Assembly: GCA_964016885.1 (NCBI GenBank)
Contig: OZ024740.1
Location: 277,512,001 to 277,576,000 of the forward strand
Direction of reading: 5' to 3'
Length of the DNA: 64,000 nt
Origin: Eledone cirrhosa
Taxonomy: Eukaryota
Under the pieces are notes generated by a model. The model ran no database searches. It was not told where the DNA came from and was given only the letters and a program-made list of their open reading frames with translations. The position numbers were made by a program, and so were the translations under genes. Positions 13,408-25,506 of the stretch are shown here, piece by piece (the stretch's first letter is position 1; each line of letters starts with the position of its first letter).

Positions 13408-14012
13408 TCAAGTAAGAATATTTTCGAAACAGCGAATGGGCTTGATATTATTAGAAATGTAAGCTATCGCCGTATTTTGACTAAAGTAATTAAAGAAATT
13501 ATTTAGCCTGATAGTGGGGTTAAGAACCCTCGGAGAAAGGGAAAAATATGAGTAATGACGTACATGGAAATCAAAACCACATCTTTGGTTATCCGGACCA
13601 CTGTGTACCATTTACACCAACACATCACCCGTCTTTTTCCATTCAAATTAGAAGCTATAAACTTAGCGACTGTAATGTCAAGTAAGAAAATTATCGAAAC
13701 AACGAGTGGATTTGAAATTATTAGAAATGTAAGGAATCGCCGTATTTGGACTAAAGAAATTAAAGAAATTATTTAGCCTGATAGTGGGGTTAAGAACCCT
13801 CGGAGAGATGGAAAAAGATGAGTATTGACGTACATGGGAGTCGAACCCACATCTTTGGTTATCCGGACCACTGTGCTACCATTTACACCAACACATCACC
13901 CGTCTTTTTCCATTCAAATTAGAAGCTATAAACTTAGCGACTGTAATGTTAAGTAAGAACATTTCCATTTCTCCAAGGGTTCTTAACCCCACTATCAGCT
14001 AAATAATTTTTT
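13408..14012 (-). mobile_element. tandem 270-bp tRNA-containing element with a short inverted arm
   Basis: Units start 13408, 13678, 13949; 13963-14012 is an inverted copy of about 13763-13813; (TA)n flanks. Confidence 0.8.
13826..13897 (-). pseudogene. tRNA-like cloverleaf (second, more decayed copy 13556-13626)
   Basis: GATGTGT-TG-GTGT AAATGGTA GCAC-A-GTGGT CCGGATA ACCAA-AGAT-GTGGG TTCGACT CCCAT-GTACGTC; A and B boxes present, anticodon loop non-canonical. Confidence 0.8.
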
Positions 14013-14214
14013 TATATGTATATATATATATTGTTATACTTGGGGAGGGTCATATTTGTGTAATATTGCCAGAATTAATAACAGAACACACTCACTGTTT
14101 GGTTGGTTTTCGCTTCTCGCTGTCTTTTATATCTGTAATCTAGCTTACTCGGTCCTCAATGTTGCCATTGACTGACCGACGGTCAAAAATAATACAGATA
14201 CAATATAGACACAA

Positions 14215-14880
14215 ACACATATATATAGTTTACATAATTTACATAAATCTTTCGTTGCACATCTGCAACATCGTCAGTGGTGTTATATTTTCCTCCTGTT
14301 GTGTTGTATGTCTACGCCATTTTTTATTCAGTCTGTCTATATATTTATTTATTTATTTGCTTGTTTGTTTATTTTATTTTGTCTTCTTTGCGCATGCGTT
14401 TGCGTGTGTGTATAGTGTTATGTTTGCTGTGTGACTAGTGTGTATAGTGTTATGTTTGCTGGGTGACTAGTGTGTGTTTTTGTGCTTGTTGTTATTGTGC
14501 TTGTGTATGTATTTATTTATCTTATTTTATTTACTTATTTATACTTCTCTTAGGTCAGTGTTGTTTGTTTGGGTGTTGTTGTTATTCCACTCATTCTTTC
14601 TGTTTAGCTTTGGTCTTCTAATTTCTCTCTGATTTGCCTATCTGCTGGGTCATTTCTATGTTTAGATATTATTCTAATTTCTATGTTGTCTATGTTACCG
14701 TCATGTTGTTGTCTAGCATGTTCGTATAGTACTGACCCGTTTTTTCGTCCTTTTAGTTCCCCCCAGTGTTGGTCTATCCTTTCACCTATGCTACGAGCTG
14801 TCTCACCTATGTATGTTGTTGTCATGTTTCTGCAAGTACCCTCTGTACATCTTATGCTATAGACTACGTTTCTAGTAAAC
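14215..14880 (-). mobile_element. PLE 3' fragment with GIY-YIG and hammerhead
   Basis: [13 protein letters not shown]...[16 protein letters not shown]...DPADRQIRE at 14604-14875. Confidence 0.8.
14241..14279 (-). ncRNA. minimal hammerhead
   Basis: Minus strand: CA-CTGACGA-T-GTTGCA GATG TGCAAC-GAAA-GATT-TA-TG; stem I weak. Confidence 0.65.
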
Positions 14881-14894
14881 TAATTCATCGCCGC

Positions 14895-15384
<490 letters not shown>

Positions 15385-15386
<2 letters not shown>

Positions 15387-16025
15387 AACATAATTTCACC
15401 AATTTTCGAGATACGCGGCAAGCGCTCAATGGACTGAAAGAAGACCAGAGCAATCAGCATACGTTATAGAGGCCAGACAAGCTGAAAACTGCGGTCATGA
15501 AGCCATCAGCCTTCGGAGCCCAGAAATCGAAACAAGCTAAACAGGTTAACAAAATAATTTACCTAGACCTCCTGGGAATTGATGGTATAATAAAGTGGGA
15601 AGATTCTGTGACACCTAAATCAATTATACTGCCTGCTTTCATTGTAAGCTTTTGGTATAACGATCGAACAAGGCTGCCATTTCGTCAACAAGTATTTTGT
15701 TCTCAGCCGGCGAGCGGGTTCCAATGCATTAGTAGTGTTGGAGTGATTACCCCACGTGTTTAACCTGTAGGGAGGTAACTCCGGGTTTTGGCGGATGGAT
15801 TCAGAATGTGTAAAATTATTGCAAGATTTGCAAAAAACTCGACAAATCGAATTAAGCTCACGACCGGGTTGTTTTTAAATAAAGTTAAGCAATTAATAAG
15901 ACAATAGAATTCTCTAATAGAATTAACTAATTAATTGCTAGTCCCAGGAGATTAGTACAAATATAATTTCAGCGAGATCGTATTTCGGCTGTGGTCAAAA
16001 ACAAAGCGAAACGCAATTTTCGATA
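15385..16025 (-). mobile_element. family G ORF-less element
   Basis: Homologous to 44608-45268 and distantly to 22835-23288; tail hairpin 15421-15451. Confidence 0.75.
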
Positions 16026-16042
16026 AATATATATATATATAT

Positions 16043-16500
16043 AAGTTTTAATATAGATGAGCTTCTACAGGACTAGAACTGTTTCATTCTTTAGAAATCA
16101 TCAGGAATCTGTCTTTCCACAAATAAATGTTGTGGTATATATATCTTTTCACGTGGTAGGAGATGGGTGGTGGTCATTGGTTGAAAGAAAAGGGAATTCA
16201 TTAAAAGCTAATTATTTAAGGCTATAAATTATATTTAGAGTGACAAAGGCAGAAAGAATTCTATAAGCAAGTTGAGAATGGGGTGCCACTCCTTATTTTT
16301 AAGTTTCTCTTAAGCTAACAATGTCTATATTTCAGATGGTTGGAAGTCGGTCATTGTTGATGGATTTAAAGAAAAGGAAAATTCTTTAAAAGCTAATTCT
16401 TTAAAGCTCTACTTAGAGAGACAAAGGCCAAGAGAATTCTATTAACCAGTTCAAAATATTGGGTGCATATCTTATCATTATTGTCATATTTCTCTTAAGC
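16043..16500 (-). mobile_element. family C tailless reverse arm with hammerhead (16063-16110)
   Basis: Reverse complement of about 12460-12917. Confidence 0.8.
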
Positions 16501-16538
16501 TATATTCCAGGTGTCAACAGACACATTCACATACACGT

Positions 16539-16573
<35 letters not shown>

Positions 16574-16658
16574 CACATACATACACATATACATACATAT
16601 ATATATATACACACACATATATACATATATATACACACACACACACATATACACATAC

Positions 16659-16699
<41 letters not shown>

Positions 16700-17456
16700 C
16701 ACATATATATGAACATATACAAACACATCTACAGAAATACACATATATACAGAATACATAAACATATACACAAATATATACATATATATATATATACAAT
16801 ATATTAAGAAATGGAAACTATATTTATAAAACCATATTTATTTCCCTATACATATTTCAAGGACACCAAAAGCAAATTATGGTGCGCTTTCATCAGATAA
16901 AATATAATATAGATCAGTTTTATAAACAAATATTGACATACCCTTAAAGAATGCGACCATGTCGGTTGGAAGCTCCCGGATAGTGGGGTTACTAATTTTT
17001 TCATTGGTCTATTATGCAAATTAGTGTCGGAGAGGTCTAAATCCCGCACATTAAGCCGTTGGAATAGGGAAATAAGAAAAAGTAAAAGAAAAGAAAGAAA
17101 GCGCAAACTCAAAGAAAGAAAACAAAAGAAAGAGAAAGATAGAAAACCCCAAGTGAGAGAGTGTTGTATTAACGTAATTTTATGAGATGATGAAGCGAAA
17201 AGATAAATATATAGTGGATGAATTACGCGGTGTAAATAAAGCGTGGATAAATAAATAAATAAATAAATAGTAATAACCGGAGAATTTTATCTAATGTTTA
17301 AATTTGATTAAATGTTTAATTTATCAATTAAATTATTGAGATCTATAAATTAAAAATTGGGATCTATATATTATTAAAAGAATATATATATATATATAAA
17401 TATATATATACTATCGAAAAATATTATTAAAATATATGTTATTATTACATAACCTT

Positions 17457-17556
17457 CCGCCGAGGTTAACTTTGCCTTTCATCCTTCCGGGGTCGATATA
17501 ATAAAGTACCGGTAATGCATTGGGTAATTGCTGGCCTTGTGCCTAAAGTAGAAACA
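17457..17556 (+). mobile_element. 5'-truncated SINE
   Basis: 16-bp TSD ATTATTACATAACCTT at 17441-17456 and 17557-17572. Confidence 0.9.
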
Positions 17557-18138
17557 ATTATTACATAACCTTACAAAAATTTCTTAGTAATCATCAACCA
17601 ACAATTAATTGTTAATTTTTCAATTAATTAACAATAAAAATTATAAGAAATAACAAAAATATATGTTTAAAATATAGGAATGTTCAGAGATTTTACCGAA
17701 GAAAAATCTCTTCTTAGTAATAGCAATACAGCGTGAGGGAAATTAATTGATTTATTTGTAATTTAGATAGCTCTAAGGATTAAATGTTATAAAGGTTAAG
17801 ATGATAAAAAAGTTTAGATTATAAGAGAACCTTATATTATTTTATAGTAAGTTATAATTTAATAAATTTTATATATTTTATAAATCCACCTGTTATACAG
17901 TTGTGACTCTTAAAATATAAGTTTGGTTACTATAATGTCTTAATGTGTAAAGTTTTTCATAAGAATATATCTAAAGCATAAGCCGTAAAAAACCTTTTAT
18001 ATGAGTTCATTCATAGACACTAATTTGCATAATAGATAAATAATAAAATAGTAACCCTACTATCCGGGAGCTTCCAAACGACATGGTCGCATTCTTTAAG
18101 GGCATGTCAATATTTGTTTATAAAACTGATCTATATTA

Positions 18139-18203
18139 TATTTTATCTGATGAAAGCGCACCATAATTTTCTTTGGTGTCTTTGAAATATGAATAATGAA
18201 ATA
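18139..18203 (+). ncRNA. minimal type I hammerhead (family A')
   Basis: TATTTTAT-CTGATGA-AAGCGCACCA...TGGTGTCTTT-GAAA-TATGAA-TA-ATGAAATA. Confidence 0.8.
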
Positions 18204-18332
18204 AATATGGTTTTATAAATATAGTTTCCATTTGTTAATATATTGTATTTTTACTCCAAAAATTTGTTGAGTGCTTTATATCAGTTATAACAATATTTGC
18301 TTGTTGTATCCCAACAAATTAAGTATAAATTC

Positions 18333-18377
<45 letters not shown>

Positions 18378-18519
18378 ATATGTATGTGTATATGTATATA
18401 TATATGTGGGTGTATGTGTGTTTATGTGTATATATATATCTATGTGTATAACGATATTTGTTTCGACACACGATTTCATATCAAAAACGTCGCAAAACTA
18501 ATTCATTGCCGTTATATTT

Positions 18520-18698
18520 GATTGGTAGTATTGGTAGAGGGTCGGACGCCATGCTTTGATGCATAGAGTTACGGCCATTTCCAATCTGAGTTCAAATCCC
18601 GCCGGGGTTAACTTTGCCTTTCATCCTTACGGGGTCGATAAAATAAAATACCAGTAATGCACTGGATAATTTGGTGACCTTCTGCCAAAAGTAGAAAC
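18520..18698 (+). mobile_element. tRNA-derived SINE
   Basis: Same family as 1257-1434. Confidence 0.88.
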
Positions 18699-18789
18699 AG
18701 TTATATATATATATATGTATATATGTATATATGTATACATGCATGTGTGTGTGTATGTATATATATATATGTATACATGCATGTGTGTT

Positions 18790-18903
<114 letters not shown>

Positions 18904-20548
18904 AAAGTTCTATTTAAAAGTGTTGGGATACAACAAGTAAATATTTTATAACTGATATAAAGCACTCGACAAGTTTTTGGAGTAGATATACGATATTAAA
19001 TAAATGGAAACTATATTTATAAAACCATATTTATTTCATTATACATATTTCAGGGATACCAAATTAAAATATGGTATGCCTTCATCAGACAAAATACAAT
19101 ATATAAACAGTTTTATAAATAATTTTGACGTACCCTATTAGTTGCAACCATTATTTTTGGAAGCTGTCTGGATAGTGAGATGTTTATAATTATTTTATTA
19201 GTTACAGTGTTAAGCACAGTTAGAAAAAGACGGAAAGAAAGAAAAAGCGGAGAGAGATAAGGAGAGAGAAAAATAAGGAGATAGAGAATGCCTGGAGAAA
19301 TACTGGAGAGAGAGAGAAATGTATGTAGAAAAGAAAGATATAAATAGATAGGAGGAAATAAAAAAATAAAAAAGAAAGAGAAAAGGAAGAAATAAGAAAA
19401 ACAAAAGAAAGCAACAGAGAGATAAAAATTCATCATACAGATAGAGAAACTCAAGAGAGAGGAAATACTATATAGAGAGAGGGGGATATAGTGATAAATT
19501 TACGTCATGTCATATTAAGTTGAGTTAACAATTCATATGAAATGAATAATAAAAATGTAAATATCAATATTCATGAATGGGACATAGATATATAATGTGA
19601 GAAAATAACATTGTTCAATAATGACCATATGTTTAGTTTAAAACCTTGAGGTCAATATACCAAAATCTGAGTTAAAACCTTCAAAAAATACCCTATTTAT
19701 AAAAATACGGATAGATATATGTATATATATATACACACATATGTACGTCCTGAAAAAATGAAATAAAAATAAAATTATGTCTACTCCAGTCAATAATATA
19801 GACACACAAATGATTTCACTTGATTCCTTCTATACATTTCTTATGTTATAAAAAATGTTCACAGTATATATACATAAAAATACGATTAATATTCATGTCC
19901 TCATATATATGATTACCGTTCATGTATTTAATATTATGCATATCTGCAACACACATCAACATATACACACACAACCATATATACACATACATATGTATAA
20001 ATAAATATCTGCGTGAGTCTTCCAGCATCGTTATGCATATATACAGACATACATAGAAACACATAAATAAACCCTATAAAACTTGTATATGCATGTTAAT
20101 ACACACATATGGCCTTTGTATAGAGATAATCAAATATCAATATATTAATATAGAAATATCAAAGCATTAAATATCTTTAAAACACTATAGAGTATCTCAA
20201 GTTAAAATATATTTATTATAGAAATCTATCCTACCTATATCTCAAACAAGATATTGCAAGGGTAGACATATGAAAATTATTAGAAGCTATCAGAGTCAAA
20301 ACAAATAAAAAAATAAAAATAATTAAAAAAATTTAGAAGACCCCGTGATTCTACGGATACCCTTATATTTAGTATAGAAATTTATCTTATGTATATTTTA
20401 TTTAATACATTGGGAGCATATACATTTTAGAGTAGTCTATTATATCCCTGTTTATATTTAGGAAGAAAATTTAAAAAGAAAAAGGTGAAGGAATCCAATG
20501 ATTTATCGTCAGGTTTCATATATTAACTAAATTTCTTAATTAATAATA

Positions 20549-21810
20549 CTACATTTTAAATTTATATTTATATTTAAACGTTGAGTTCAATCTATGTCTG
20601 CAGGAACTGAATAAATTGCTCCTTAAATTAAGGGAATTTTTGGACTTTAATATAAAGAATATTTCCTCTATACAAAGATTACAACTCTCTGAAGAGGAAT
20701 TAAAAGGGGTACCTTATGAGACAATATTCCAAATCATCGAATATTTAATATTATCTCGTTTAAAGTGCCAGAGTAGGCTAGATAGCGAAGTTGAGGATTT
20801 TTTGTTTGGATCTGTGAAAGAATTCTTATGATTATTGAAGCGAAGTTTAAATTCTGTCGAGGTGGAACCAAAATAGTTGAAAGAATTTAAATTAGTTTTA
20901 ACATTACACTTGTACACTACATTTTTAGCTAAGCAGTTGTTATTTAACAGACAGTTAGATTTATTTCTACAGTTACAGATATTTAATTGAATATTGTTTG
21001 GGTTATTATTGGTATTTTGGTTAGGTTTTAAATTCCTATTATTAATTCTGTTAATATTTTGTGCTAAATTTTTGGTGGACGAGTAAGTTAATTTTATAGT
21101 GTGTCTATTAAAAATTGAGTGATATTTATGTGTTCTAGGGAAGCGTTTGTCAAGAGCATTAAAGAATAGTTTAGCAATATGGGTTTTAATATTTAGTGAG
21201 AAAAGGGGGGGGGGGCAAACCATAATATATTTCTAGTTCTATTTCTTTTTCGGCTTTTGGAATTATTGTAATGTTTTCTATTATAGTTGTTAAAGTTGTT
21301 ACCGTAATTAAAATTGTTATTATTTTGGTTAGTTTGCTTATTATTATTATCGATGTATTTAATTTTATCTATATATCCTGCTCTAGCTAACGCTTCATTG
21401 TAATACTGCGCTTTTTCATCAAAAATATTTTTATTAGATGAAATTCTTGAAATTCGTTCTTGAACAGAGTTCACTATAGTATTTTTAACAGATCTGGGGT
21501 GATTAGAGTTAAAATTGACATAATTCAAGTTCTCATTTAGTTTGTGAAATGGATAATGAAGACATGTGTTGAGATTTAGTGTTACATCCAGAAAATTGAC
21601 TATTCTATGGTTATTCTCTATTTCTAATTTTAGATTAAGGTAATTAAAAAATTGTATAATTTGTTTTCTTTTTCTATTTTGTTCACAGCTATTATTTTCA
21701 ATAGGTAAAAGCATGTCATCACGATATAATCCTCCGGTTACACCTGGTATTTTTCTATGTAGCGAATTAATTATAAATAGGCCCACAAGGTCCGTTACCT
21801 GAGCTGAGTT
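20549..21810 (-). pseudogene. Hydra-type PLE RT C-terminal half + GIY-YIG, frameshifted
   Basis: GGLYRDD, VNFLDVTLNL, SNHP, ILWFAPP (slip in poly-C), CNCRNKSNC, YFGSTSTEFK. Confidence 0.9.
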
Positions 21811-21901
21811 TGATTTTATAAATAGGGTATTTTTTGAAGGTTTTAACTCAGATTTTGGTATATTGACCTCAAGGTTTTAAACTAAACATATGGTCATTAT
21901 T

Positions 21902-22079
21902 TGGATTGGCAGTATCGGTAGAGGGTCGGACGCCATGCTTTCCAGCATAGTTACCTCCCTTTACGATCTGAGTTCAAATCCGCCGAGGTTGACTTTGCCT
22001 TTCATCCTTACGGGGTCGATAAAATAAAGTACCAGTAATGCACTGGGTAATTGCTGGCCTTGTGCCTAAAGTAGAAACA
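21902..22079 (+). mobile_element. SINE inserted in one arm only
   Basis: Empty site GGTCATTATTGAACA present in the opposite arm (about 19612-19626); ATTATT TSD. Confidence 0.9.
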
Positions 22080-22752
22080 ATTATTGAACAATGTTATTTT
22101 CTCACATTATATATCTATGTCCCATTTATGAATATTGATATTTACATTTTTATTATTCATTTCATATGAATTGTTAACTCAACTTAATATGACATGACGT
22201 AAAGTTGTCACTATATCCCCCTCTCTCTATATAGTATTTCCTCTCTCTTGAGTTTCTCTATCTGTATGATGAATTATTATCTCTCTGTTGCTTTCTTTTG
22301 TTTTTTTTTATTTCTTCCTTTTCTCTTTCTTTTTTATTTTTTTATTTCCTCCTATCTATTTATATCTTTCTTTTCTACATACATCTATCTCTATTCTACA
22401 TACATATATCTCTCTCTCTCCAGTATTTCTCCAGGCTTTCTCTCTCTCCTTATTTTTCTCTATCTCCTTATTTTTCTCTCTCCTTATCTCTCTCCGTTTT
22501 TTATTTCTCTCCGTCTTTTTCTAACTGTGCTTAACACTATAACTAATAAAATAATTATAAACATCTCACTATCCAGACAGCTTCCAAAAATAATGGTTGC
22601 AACTAATAGGGTACGTCAAAATTATTTATAAAACTGTTTATATATTGTATTTTGTCTGATGAAGGCATACCATATTTTAATTTGGTATCCCTGAAATATG
22701 TATAATGAAATAAAAATGGTTTTATAGATATAGTTTCCATTTATTTAATATC

Positions 22753-22798
<46 letters not shown>

Positions 22799-22834
22799 AT
22801 ATTATATTTATATATATATATATATATATATATA

Positions 22835-23288
22835 CAAATAAATTATCGAGAATCGGAATCTCGGCCCACGAAATAACGAAACACAATCTTCGAATAGTGT
22901 GGCAAAGTGCTCAATAGTTAGAATAAACTAGAGCTATAACTAACGTTTAAATACCAACACACTGCGATAATGCTTAAAATCATTCGCACAGCCGAAAAAA
23001 CGACCAAAAAAATTCGGGTCAGACAAATAATAATATATGAATGAAAAATCTTTACCAGGACCCGCTAGAATGATGGTAAATTCAAGTATTTTGGTTTCTG
23101 CAACTCCTAAATCAGTTACCGTCAGCTTACATAAAAAATATCCGGCTTCTGGTAGATTGATGAACGAGGAACCACTTTCTCAACAGGCATTTCGTTCCAA
23201 AAAAATACAAGGCAACCCGTTACTAAATCCACGTGAGGTCTAGCAAGGGAGGGAACCCCTATATTAGGCGAATGAATTCAGTAGTGTA
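22835..23288 (-). mobile_element. diverged family G element
   Basis: Collinear blocks with 15385-15812 (CCTAAATCA, TCAACA, CCACGTG...AGGGAGG, ATTCAG); tail hairpin 22906-22934. Confidence 0.65.
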
Positions 23289-23297
23289 TATATATAT

Positions 23298-23440
23298 AAG
23301 ATTGCGAAAGCATGAAAGTACTTGTTCAATTAACACTTAGAATTTAATATTCTATCATACTATTTCATTATAATACCATTATAAATTTTAAAGGATTGTA
23401 AATAAAACGAGTAAGTCAGACAAAGTTGGAATTTCTCTTA

Positions 23441-23445
<5 letters not shown>
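23298..23445 (+). mobile_element. family D 3' fragment starting inside the hammerhead core
   Basis: Begins AAGATTGCGAAAGCATGAAAGTAC, tailless end. Confidence 0.85.
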
Positions 23446-23503
<58 letters not shown>

Positions 23504-23524
23504 TATATATATATATATATATAC

Positions 23525-23616
<92 letters not shown>

Positions 23617-23637
23617 GTATATATATATATATAATAT

Positions 23638-23704
<67 letters not shown>

Positions 23705-23818
23705 AATAAGAGAAATTCCGACTTTGTCTGATTTACTCGTTTTATTTACAATCCTTTAAAATTTATAATGGTATTATAATGAAATAGTATGATAGAATAT
23801 TAAATTCTAAGTGTTAAT

Positions 23819-23857
23819 TGAACAAGTACTTTCATGCTTTCGCAATCTTCAGGTTCA
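23819..23857 (-). ncRNA. minimal type I hammerhead (family D)
   Basis: Reverse complement of 29232-29270. Confidence 0.85.
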
Positions 23858-24177
23858 AAATATGTGGTGACAGTCAAGTTTGCAATTTTCAACTGTAATA
23901 AGATGGGTAAATTTTCTACCTTTTATACATTTTATACAGGGAAAAGTGGCTCCAGAATGCTAAATCTTGCAAACTGTATTTCGACCAATCAGTGTGTAGT
24001 TTCACTAAATTACTAAAGTTGATTGGTTTAAGCGTCACGGCTGGTTGAGCTTGTCTAACGACCAATAATTAATCATATCCAAAGCATCAATTGTTTTGCT
24101 ATTTTTAGAAATGATGAAAATAGCATTTTCTATTAATCATAACCATCAACATCACTTTTATTATTATTATTATTGTT

Positions 24178-24221
<44 letters not shown>

Positions 24222-25506
24222 CTCTTTCCTTATCAGTAAGTGAGTTGTGGTATTTTGAAGCCAGGTTGTTGATCTTCTTCATGATGTTGTGGTCTATATT
24301 TGACGGTATTTCATGATAGAATGTTGTGCCTTTCAGTTGTTCCTCAACTAAATCCTTGTAGTATTCAGTATCCATTATAACAACTGCACCCCCTTTATCT
24401 GCTTGTTTAATTATTATTGTTTTATCATTTTGTATACGTTTGAGTGCAGACATTTCTGATTTGTTAATGTTTGGCCTAACATTAGTATTATGTCTAAAAG
24501 GAAATTTAGACAGGATGTCAATGTATTGGTCGAGATAGATATTTCTTCCTTTTGGCGGAGTGAAATTTGATTTATTCTTTACTAGTGATTCATCACTCTC
24601 ATTACTTTTATCAGCGAAGAATTCTACAAGACGTAATTTTAGACAGAATTCTTGGGTATCCTCCTTCAGTTCTTGGTGGTTGACTGTTGGAGTCGGTGTG
24701 AATTTCAGTCCTTTTGACAGAATTTGCATTTCATCATTGTCAAGATCACTTTTAGATAAGTTAATTATTTTAGGATCTACGTGTACAGTTGTTTTGGGTA
24801 TGTTTCCTCCTGGAGTTTTTCTTTTTCCGGTTTTTGTTGTCCTGACGTTAAAAAATGGATTTTTCTCTGTTCAGGATTTATATTCCTGTTGGTGTTCGCT
24901 TGATGAACATTTGGTCGTGATATTATATTTGGTTTCGTTATGTATTTTGTCCTATTTTTGGTATTCTGTATATTATTTTTCCTGTTAGCATTATTTTTAA
25001 CAATCTGGGGAAATGACCTAGGTTTGCTTTCATGTTTAGATCGTTTTTTCGCCCAGTTTCTTGTGGGTAATCTCTGTTGAGATCTTGAGAGTGATCTGGT
25101 TATTTTACGTTTTGTTTCCACATTCCTTGTTGCTAGTCTCTGTTGAGATCTTGAGAATGATCTCCTGGTTTTACTACTTCTCATGGTCTGGTCAAAGGAA
25201 TATCTATCGAGTTTGTGCTTTTCGTTCATGTTGTGTGCGATAGGGTGTTTTTGTAGAAAAAGCAAAGAGTTATTACCGTAGTTCTTCTTTGATTCAAGGT
25301 AAGGTGAGTGTTTGTGTTGGCACGTGTTCTGGCGTATGTTGTGTTGGTGAGATTGTCCATTTCTATTTCCTTTAAAGGAAATAGAAAAACAATCCACAGA
25401 CGGAAAACTTATAACTGAACATATAAACTCTGAAATTAAGAATTTAGCTGAAATTATACCAACAGTTATCAAAGATACAAAAGAAAGCCTACCACAACCC
25501 CCTTGG

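Larger units (their letters stand above)
16797..18335. mobile_element. PLE family A' two-arm insertion, UTR only
   Basis: Tailless reverse arm from 16797, tailed forward arm 18018-18335; hammerheads about 16840-16903 (-) and 18139-18203 (+). Confidence 0.85.

Noticed and set aside
13826-13897. Functional tRNA gene
   Set aside because: Anticodon loop CCGGATA lacks U33 and purine 37, the acceptor stem has several wobble pairs, and it lies in a repeat unit.
13408-14012. CRISPR-like array
   Set aside because: Whole-unit tandem duplication with no unique spacers; eukaryotic context.
15735-15790. HDV-like ribozyme in family G
   Set aside because: No P1 partner found; a simple hairpin explains the pairing.
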